A DNA stretch of 32,239 nucleotides from a virus (taxonomy: Duplodnaviria; Caudoviricetes), in IMG/VR virus record IMGVR_UViG_3300020042_011096, positions 1 through 32,239 of that record; one strand, written 5' to 3'. Within the stretch, counting starts at the first letter, position 1. Every line of letters begins with the position of its first letter. The position numbers and the translations under genes are program-made. Positions 25,899 through 32,239 of the stretch are shown here, one piece after another. Under the pieces are notes generated by a model that worked only from the letters and a program-made list of their open reading frames with translations, did not search any database and had not been told where the DNA came from.

Positions 25899-27290
25899 TT
25901 AACTAGCCATTGGTAGTCTAAAACCACGTATATCTGCAGACGCTGTTACAGATATGTAGTTAACGCCATCACCAAAACCTAGACGTATACCTGTGCCTAT
26001 TACTGCAGGTGGCGTAATTACCAATGTGGTCACTTCTTCGCTAGCATATTCAGTTGAGTAATTGATGATAGTATATAGACCAGCATTATCTCGTTTGATG
26101 TTGCTTTTAATCGTATAACTATTAGTCTGGCCAGTTGCAATATATCTGCAGTTAATATTCCAAGTTACTTGATAGCTGCTATTGATAGGTAAATCAGTCA
26201 GGAATACGTAGCTGGGATTACCGGCAGAAGGTGGATTAGCATAACTAACGTAATTTAAATTAATAGCGTGTGCATCTTCAACAAAGCCACCACCATCTAA
26301 GACTTTGGCTTGTGTAAATGTACCGGTACCGCTATTGGGACTGGATGTTGCAAATATATTCCCATTATCTGTTGTGAGATAACGTCCAGCAGATAATAGT
26401 GTAAAACTGTCAGCTGTTGGTATGCTAACTAACGTACAGCCGATAACAATATTATTTTTGCCAGTATTCTTGATGCTACCGGTTGGTTGCTGTTGTGTAA
26501 CAACCAATCTAGCACCCATTCCAAAAAAGTTATTACCGACAAACGAACGATTATCATATATACGAAAATAATCATTAAGTCCGTTGAATTGTCCACTGTT
26601 CCAAACGCCAACGTTGGTGCACACCATACTATCTGAGCCAATATTTTGTGTATTGAGGCTGGTTTCGGTTATATTCGCATTTACATTGCGCAACATTAGA
26701 CCATTAATGTTGCAATTATATAATACTAAATAAGATGTGATAGGAAAACTGCCATTTAAATCATAACTAGCAAATACATTCCACACATTGTGCAGTTTGC
26801 AATTGACAATATTGGTCGTATTCATGTCAGTGCTATTGATGCCGTCGTCAGAGCTTAAATCGCCTGCTATAAAAGCGCCGAATGGTATAGAATTATCACT
26901 ATTGATAGTTAGGTCTTTAAAGGTATACTTGCAGACCGGTGGAGTTATATCAAATTTTCCATAATCAAATACTGGAAGACTAGTATTACCAGCCTGATTA
27001 TAATTCCAATAGCCAGTTTCTGTTTTATTACCATTGTATATGCGCGCACCGCTAGTTGCTTGTATTATGATTTCCCGTGGCTGACTTTCCCCAAATTTAA
27101 AGCGACGCAATTTGATAGGCTCAGTTATAACAATATCACCGGCTATTTCAATAGTACCAACGCCACTAGGCAACTGATATAGTTTTGTAAGCGCAGCCTT
27201 TAGTTCAGCAGCACTATATACTTTGATAACAGCATTTTGGCTTTTAGCTTCACCAACGCCAAATGCTCGTTTAGCTCCAGGTATAATCAT
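25899..27290 (-). CDS. Putative tailspike/beta-helix protein
   Basis: VYSAAELKAAL...GTIEIAGDIVITEPI...IIIQA is a typical beta-helix cap; Asn-rich body. Confidence 0.6.
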   Translation of the reverse strand: MIIPGAKRAFGVGEAKSQNAVIKVYSAAELKAALTKLYQLPSGVGTIEIAGDIVITEPIKLRRFKFGESQPREIIIQATSGARIYNGNKTETGYWNYNQAGNTSLPVFDYGKFDITPPVCKYTFKDLTINSDNSIPFGAFIAGDLSSDDGINSTDMNTTNIVNCKLHNVWNVFASYDLNGSFPITSYLVLYNCNINGLMLRNVNANITETSLNTQNIGSDSMVCTNVGVWNSGQFNGLNDYFRIYDNRSFVGNNFFGMGARLVVTQQQPTGSIKNTGKNNIVIGCTLVSIPTADSFTLLSAGRYLTTDNGNIFATSSPNSGTGTFTQAKVLDGGGFVEDAHAINLNYVSYANPPSAGNPSYVFLTDLPINSSYQVTWNINCRYIATGQTNSYTIKSNIKRDNAGLYTIINYSTEYASEEVTTLVITPPAVIGTGIRLGFGDGVNYISVTASADIRGFRLPMAS

Positions 27291-27300
27291 TTAATATTCC

Positions 27301-28833
27301 TTAATTACTTGGACGGTTCTTGCCAATACCCTTGGTTACCAAGTCAATAACAGGACCAATCTTGGTTCCACCGCTATCAAAGTATACTTCAACATCTGGA
27401 CTATCAACGCGAACAGCACGTTGCATTCGTCGTGAGCGCATTTCACGTTCAAGCAAATTACTTGACGCACTCCACAAGCTTGTGTTGACCACTAAGGCGT
27501 TCTGTGGAGGAGGAGTGATAGCAGCTTGAAAACTTGACCTTACGTAACTATACTGAGCTTGTCCAGGTCTATCAGCTGATGTAGTTATCTCGCGTACAAC
27601 AGGTGAGCCTTGTGGATCGCTTGGAACGTTCACACAAACACCGCCACCGACTTTAAGACCGGTAGGATTTGGGACTGCAGCTGTAGGCGTAGAAGCATAT
27701 TCAACTGTACCGAACATACTAATGGCTGCAGAGTTGGTAAGAAATATATTTTTTCCATCCTTATCTTTTAGGATGCCAACAACAGTAAATGGCTGTCCAC
27801 CAACTAGATCCCAGCCATAGTTCTGTGATGGATAAATCCAAGTAATCTTTCCGGTATCAATATCAATGAATGCACTTTTTTTATCTATAGTTACGACAAA
27901 GCCGTCGTCGGTGCCAAATATTGTTCCAGTACGATAGTCGCCACTCGCACCGGGACCAACTGCTTCTGTTTGATAATGCCGATTTCGGTATGTAGTCAAT
28001 GGACGCTTCTGGAACTCACCAATAGTGATAATACCATCTTCTATGAGTCCAATGCTTGTACCACGTGCTGTAGCAGCATTATTACTATATGCGCCTTGAT
28101 ATCCAGGCATTTTACCGATAACACCTTGAAATTGGAAGCCAGACAAACCGTCAGGTGGGATAGTATAGGTAGCATCTGTGCACACAACGATCAGTGAACC
28201 ACCTTCACCGGCTTGAAACATATCAAGAACTGTGCCACCAAAGGCAATAGTATTAGGACCACAGATAGTACGTGGTTCTGTGCCGGGATCAGAAAAAGAA
28301 ATTTGGTTAGCATATGCCCAAACAAAGCGGTCAGCAAAACTAGCAACACGTCCAGGATATAGTGTCAAGTTAGGCGTATCTGGATTTATGCTTGGTTGTT
28401 TTTCAGCCTTGGCCAATGTTCCACCGATAAAGCCCCACAATGGGAAAGGTATGCTGGCACTGCTAACAATTATTTGATTATAGTTAACAGCTACTGCAAA
28501 TGGCTCAATGTTACCGAGTATTGGAGCTGTGCCAAGCTGATCGCTAGCCATCCAATACATTTGTTCGTCGTAGATGTGTTGGTATACAAAACCGTTATTA
28601 GCCCTATCAAACAAATAATGAAAAACTTGACCGCTATTGGCACTCTCAACAGAAAAACCAAATACAAATGACGTAGTAGTGCCAACAGATGTGCGTTCGT
28701 GCGCAGCATTATATATACCAAATAGATCTGCAGTCTGTAGGATTGTACAAAGTCCAGGTCGGACCTCTAGACCTCGTATGGTATCAACTACATTGTGGAA
28801 CTCTGACGCGTTAGTATTTATTTGTATTTCCAT
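27301..28833 (-). CDS. Putative tail nozzle/head-closure protein (P22 gp10 / T7 gp12-like)
   Basis: 510 aa; beta-propeller character; RPGL near the N-terminus and FADRFVWAYANQISFSDPG. Confidence 0.6.
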   Translation of the reverse strand: MEIQINTNASEFHNVVDTIRGLEVRPGLCTILQTADLFGIYNAAHERTSVGTTTSFVFGFSVESANSGQVFHYLFDRANNGFVYQHIYDEQMYWMASDQLGTAPILGNIEPFAVAVNYNQIIVSSASIPFPLWGFIGGTLAKAEKQPSINPDTPNLTLYPGRVASFADRFVWAYANQISFSDPGTEPRTICGPNTIAFGGTVLDMFQAGEGGSLIVVCTDATYTIPPDGLSGFQFQGVIGKMPGYQGAYSNNAATARGTSIGLIEDGIITIGEFQKRPLTTYRNRHYQTEAVGPGASGDYRTGTIFGTDDGFVVTIDKKSAFIDIDTGKITWIYPSQNYGWDLVGGQPFTVVGILKDKDGKNIFLTNSAAISMFGTVEYASTPTAAVPNPTGLKVGGGVCVNVPSDPQGSPVVREITTSADRPGQAQYSYVRSSFQAAITPPPQNALVVNTSLWSASSNLLEREMRSRRMQRAVRVDSPDVEVYFDSGGTKIGPVIDLVTKGIGKNRPSN

Positions 28834-28890
28834 ATTATTGATGTTTAAATCAACCCGAAGGCGGGTTATTTTATTCAGAATATTATTATG
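28834..28890. promoter_or_regulatory. Divergent control element with central AACCCG-aagg-CGGGTT inverted repeat
   Basis: 54-bp gap between divergent ATGs; each strand reads CGGGTT, an AT-rich spacer, then ATG. Confidence 0.65.
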
Positions 28891-29262
28891 AATGATGAAC
28901 TAACACCAGAAGAGCAGCGACTAATCAAACAAATAGAAGAAGGCAAGCAGGAAGGCGGCTTTGGAGCGTCACTTGGCTCCTCAATCGGCACTGTTGCCGG
29001 TGGTATTGGTGGTGCTCTATTAGGTATACCAACTGGCGGCGCTTTGTCTGTGCCCCTAGCTTTGCAAGGTGCTGGTATAGGTGGTGCTCTCGGCGGTTCA
29101 ATCGGTGGTCTTATTGGGACCGGTACTGGCGGTGCAAAAGTCACTGCTGCTGAGAAACAGCTATCAGCACTACAGGCAGCAAAGAATAAAGGCGATATTG
29201 AGAAAGGAGCCAGAATGGCTGCTTTTGAAAGGCTTCTTGGTAAATACAGCACGCTTAGCTGA
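28888..29262 (+). CDS. Small glycine-zipper protein, putative pilot/ejection protein
   Basis: GASLGSSIGTVAGGIGGALLG...GAGIGGALGGSIGGLIG. Confidence 0.65.
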   Translation: MNDELTPEEQRLIKQIEEGKQEGGFGASLGSSIGTVAGGIGGALLGIPTGGALSVPLALQGAGIGGALGGSIGGLIGTGTGGAKVTAAEKQLSALQAAKNKGDIEKGARMAAFERLLGKYSTLS

Positions 29263-29286
29263 TTAAAATTATAGAGAATATACAAT

Positions 29287-29826
29287 ATGGCAATCACAAA
29301 CGGATCCACAATAACAGCCGCTGACCTTGATTCTATCTGGGAAACAGGGTTAGAGACGTTGCGTATACGTACGCAGTCAGTTGCTGGCTCTAGTTCCAAT
29401 ACGCCTTATAAGCAATACTGTGAAATAGTTCGTTTTGATGGAATAGTCACCAGTACCCTTGAACACAGACGCAGTGCAGTGTTTGTGCCACGTACAGATG
29501 TTATTGTTAGAGGTATTAGAGTGTACTGTCAATCAGCAACGCTTGGTATTATTGCAACTGCTAGCATTCCAGCTCAAATCTATAAAGATAATAATATTGT
29601 AGGCGGAAATATAAAGGGTTCTCTTACTGCTACTGCTACATCTGCTGCAGCTGCTCTTTATAGTAATAGTGGAGCAGCAGTTAATTTAGGTTTAGGCGTC
29701 GGTGGTGTTGGATTATTTACGTTTCTAGCCGGTGATAATATAGAGATTATCGTCTCAACAAATAGTGCCACAGCAGCTAATGTAACGGTTAGCTTGCTCC
29801 TTGAAACAGTGATGGTAAATAGATAA
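29287..29826 (+). CDS. Putative tail protein
   Basis: 179 aa; begins MAITNGSTITAADLD, a tail-collar-like start. Confidence 0.55.
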   Translation: MAITNGSTITAADLDSIWETGLETLRIRTQSVAGSSSNTPYKQYCEIVRFDGIVTSTLEHRRSAVFVPRTDVIVRGIRVYCQSATLGIIATASIPAQIYKDNNIVGGNIKGSLTATATSAAAALYSNSGAAVNLGLGVGGVGLFTFLAGDNIEIIVSTNSATAANVTVSLLLETVMVNR

Positions 29827-30896
29827 TGTTTATACCTAAAAAACCACCGGTTAGATTTCTGCCAAATGAAATATTGTCTCCAGAAGCCATTAATGAAAAC
29901 AATGGACATTTTACCAAGGCGTTTAGACAACAGGCAGACGCGCAAAACTGCCATTGGTCAACTACATATTGTATAGTGCCAAATGCTAGCACTACATTAA
30001 CATCAGTCACACCAAACTTATCAAGTATAGGCGCAAGACTTGCACCAACTGCTGCTTTTCGCGCAATCAACTCTAATCCTGATGTAGTTATTGAGAGTGT
30101 AACAATAAATACATATTATACCAGCACTGTCCCTTGGACTATAACAATTGCTGCTGGTGAAGTAATTACTTTTCCAGTAAGAGACGCGTCATTAGCATTG
30201 GTGCCATATCTGGGCGGTAACTTCGTAACGCTAATGAACAGACTTTGTACCGGTACGGTTATAGACGTTACTACTTTACCGGTGGGCGTATCCATCACCA
30301 AGCTTGACATTACTGTTGGCTTTCGTAGTGATAAGTATGCAAGCGGCAACTACACTAGTGCTGTATTAAAACCAAATTTAAATCTACCATATTTTACCGA
30401 TGCTAGCGTTGCAGATGCTACTGTATTTGCCGCAATGAAGACACAGCTTGAGACTGCAGCCACTAGTGCCGTAGCCGGTATTCCCTTTCGTTGGATTTGT
30501 GCTGAATTCAATAGCATTACTAGTGCTAGCAACGCAAATCTAAGATTTAGAGCAATTCCCAGCTTTCTGGATCCTGCAATCGCATTATCTGGAGTAGGAA
30601 GCAACTTACGCATTATAGGTGCTTATGCAATTGGCTCTGTTACCGGTGGCACAATTGGTGATACAATCAGATTTGGATTAGCCACGGCAGCTGGTGCATT
30701 TGTAGTTAACTTATCTCCAACGTTTGTTGGTGGTGCCGGTGCGTATGGTTTTACAAGTGGTAATATCGCAACGTTGGCCAATTCTGTAGCATTAACTGCT
30801 GCTAGCAGTCTGCCAGCCGACGATAGATATATCCAAATCACAATAACAGGAACTGCCACGGTTACTACTGGCACTGTTTATCTACTAGTTCAATGA
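29826..30896 (+). CDS. Putative tail protein
   Basis: 356 aa; FLPNEILSPEAINEN N-terminus; TAATG coupling. Confidence 0.55.
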   Translation: MFIPKKPPVRFLPNEILSPEAINENNGHFTKAFRQQADAQNCHWSTTYCIVPNASTTLTSVTPNLSSIGARLAPTAAFRAINSNPDVVIESVTINTYYTSTVPWTITIAAGEVITFPVRDASLALVPYLGGNFVTLMNRLCTGTVIDVTTLPVGVSITKLDITVGFRSDKYASGNYTSAVLKPNLNLPYFTDASVADATVFAAMKTQLETAATSAVAGIPFRWICAEFNSITSASNANLRFRAIPSFLDPAIALSGVGSNLRIIGAYAIGSVTGGTIGDTIRFGLATAAGAFVVNLSPTFVGGAGAYGFTSGNIATLANSVALTAASSLPADDRYIQITITGTATVTTGTVYLLVQ

Positions 30897-30906
30897 GGAA
30901 ATAAAA

Positions 30907-31995
30907 ATGGCTGTTTATAATAAAGGAAAGATAAAACCTAGACCACTTGCTGGTACTGCAGCTAGTTCTGCTCAACAACTGGCTACTCAGGTTGCACAAA
31001 AGCAAGCATCTGGTCCAGTACCAAATGGTCCGCTTGATACTACTGGACGTCAAAATACTGCACGTCCTGCGGCTTCTGGTCCATTGCGTGCACCTACTGG
31101 TTTACCAGCTGGTAATTACGGTGCAGATGGTCCAACCAATCCAATTGGTGACCTAAATAAAAGCCGAGAGCTAGCTGCGGCTGCAACACTGCCACCGCCT
31201 AGTGGCAACAGGTTCACAGGTCCTAAAGCAGTTACCGGTAGCTTTACCGGTACTCCTCCTCCCTTTGATGTCAAAGATGGCAAACTAGTTACTCCACCTC
31301 CACAGACCGAGCAGGAAATGGTTGATGCTGCTGTACGTAAGCTATTAGAAGACCAATCAGTAAATACTGAAAAAGAACGCGCCGCTATGCAAGATGAAAT
31401 GAAAGTAGCCGAAGCACGCGACATTCAATCAATGCGTGCACGAACCGGTCTTGGTGGCATGGGTCTTACCGGTGCAGCCGGTGCTATGGAAAGTCAGGTT
31501 CGTACCGAAGGTGCACGTAAACAAGCACTTACGACTGCTGAGTTTGATAGGGCGGCTCGTCAAGAAGAACTGTCAAGAACTATTGCTGGTCTTGAAGCTA
31601 AGTTTGGTAAAGATGCTGCAGACCGTGCACGTGAAGGCTTTGATATTGAGAAAGAGCTAGCTACAGAAGAACTGGGTCCAATGCGCTCTATGTATCCAGA
31701 AGGTCCAGATGGTGATGCTGAGTTTAATGCAGCTAAAAAAGCAGCTAAAGCTAAAGAAATGATAGATAAGAAAAAAGGTGAAGCTGGTGCTGCTAAAGCA
31801 GGTTCGGCAACTGAGATGCCTGTCGGAGCTACTGATAAAGAGATTGAAAAATATGTTAAAGCATTACCAAGTAGACAAGTTGGTTTTGGCCTAGGTGGTA
31901 TGGATCCAGTAGTAAGTGGTCCACATTTTGTCTTGGGTAAAGCATTTTATGTTTATCGTCGTCAAGATGATGATACTCTATATAAGGCTTCCTAG
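30907..31995 (+). CDS. Putative ejection/internal virion protein
   Basis: 362 aa; Pro-rich N-terminus, helical RARTGLGGMGLTG region; SD GAGG. Confidence 0.55.
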   Translation: MAVYNKGKIKPRPLAGTAASSAQQLATQVAQKQASGPVPNGPLDTTGRQNTARPAASGPLRAPTGLPAGNYGADGPTNPIGDLNKSRELAAAATLPPPSGNRFTGPKAVTGSFTGTPPPFDVKDGKLVTPPPQTEQEMVDAAVRKLLEDQSVNTEKERAAMQDEMKVAEARDIQSMRARTGLGGMGLTGAAGAMESQVRTEGARKQALTTAEFDRAARQEELSRTIAGLEAKFGKDAADRAREGFDIEKELATEELGPMRSMYPEGPDGDAEFNAAKKAAKAKEMIDKKKGEAGAAKAGSATEMPVGATDKEIEKYVKALPSRQVGFGLGGMDPVVSGPHFVLGKAFYVYRRQDDDTLYKAS

Positions 31996-32034
31996 GGCTT
32001 GGATTTATAAATTTATTATTAGAGGAAATATAAT

Positions 32035-32239
32035 ATGTCACTTAGAGATTATCTACTAACACGAATGGCAGTGCGTGCAGACTCCCGTCAACGCGAACTT
32101 GACCTAGAACAAGCACGTGCCTCACGACAAGCTGCTGAACAAGCTGCATATATGCAATATGGTAATGCTGCCTTGCAAGCTGCTGTGCAAGGTACTGGTA
32201 AATTTGCCGGTGCTATGAGTGAAGCTGAAGCTGCACAAA
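32035..32239 (+). CDS. 5' part of the gene continuing at position 1
   Basis: SD AGAGG, ATG 32035 (MSLRDYLLTRMAVRADSRQRELDLEQARASRQAAEQAAYMQYG...), in frame with 34..2553. Confidence 0.85.
   Translation, partial: MSLRDYLLTRMAVRADSRQRELDLEQARASRQAAEQAAYMQYGNAALQAAVQGTGKFAGAMSEAEAAQ
32119..32239. repeat. Terminal direct repeat, copy 2
   Basis: Identical to 1-121. Confidence 0.97.

Noticed and set aside
25790-28890. Invertible tail cassette (Mu G-segment-like)
   Set aside because: No inverted repeats found at the two boundaries and no recombinase gene.
19018-30896. Diversity-generating retroelement acting on tail genes
   Set aside because: No reverse transcriptase and no template/variable repeat pair seen.
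1291-32041. Many short antisense or alternative-frame ORFs in the track (e.g. 2866-3273, 20594-21193, 28875-29399)
   Set aside because: They overlap long, well-supported genes and lack SD sites or motifs; they are shadow ORFs.
32119-32239. 121-bp repeat as a biological terminal repeat
   Set aside because: It falls mid-gene and its length fits an assembler k-mer overlap. It shows circularity, not the physical genome ends.
1-32239. tRNA, tmRNA or rRNA genes; host assignment
   Set aside because: No cloverleaf or T-loop consensus seen in intergenic regions. The sequence alone does not support naming a host.

Overview
The window looks like a complete circular tailed-phage genome of 32,118 bp. 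Bases 32119-32239 exactly repeat bases 1-121, and one ORF reads through the join. It encodes a full podovirus-like virion module: scaffold, HK97-type major capsid, head-tail adaptor, portal, small and large terminase, a nozzle-like protein, several tail/spike proteins, and four or five Ala/Gly-rich putative ejection proteins. Accessory genes include an M15 peptidase endolysin, a lipoprotein trypsin-like protease, a GroES-like co-chaperonin, three HNH endonucleases and several small HTH, Zn-binding or acidic proteins. I could not recognise any DNA polymerase, primase, helicase, SSB, Rep or integrase. The most unusual elements are: (1) a 1137-aa putative ejection protein carrying a protein-kinase-like domain and a tandem QMELDF motif resembling a sliding-clamp-binding motif; (2) a ~0.95 kb control region (10780-11730) with a promoter-leader-terminator unit ahead of the endolysin whose RNA exposes an anti-Shine-Dalgarno loop, plus origin-like repeats and a multi-stem structured segment, close to a stand-alone primase-type winged-helix protein; and (3) a repeated CGGGTTATT...AATATTA element at the starts of structural gene blocks. 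All calls come from motif recognition by eye; no database searches were run.
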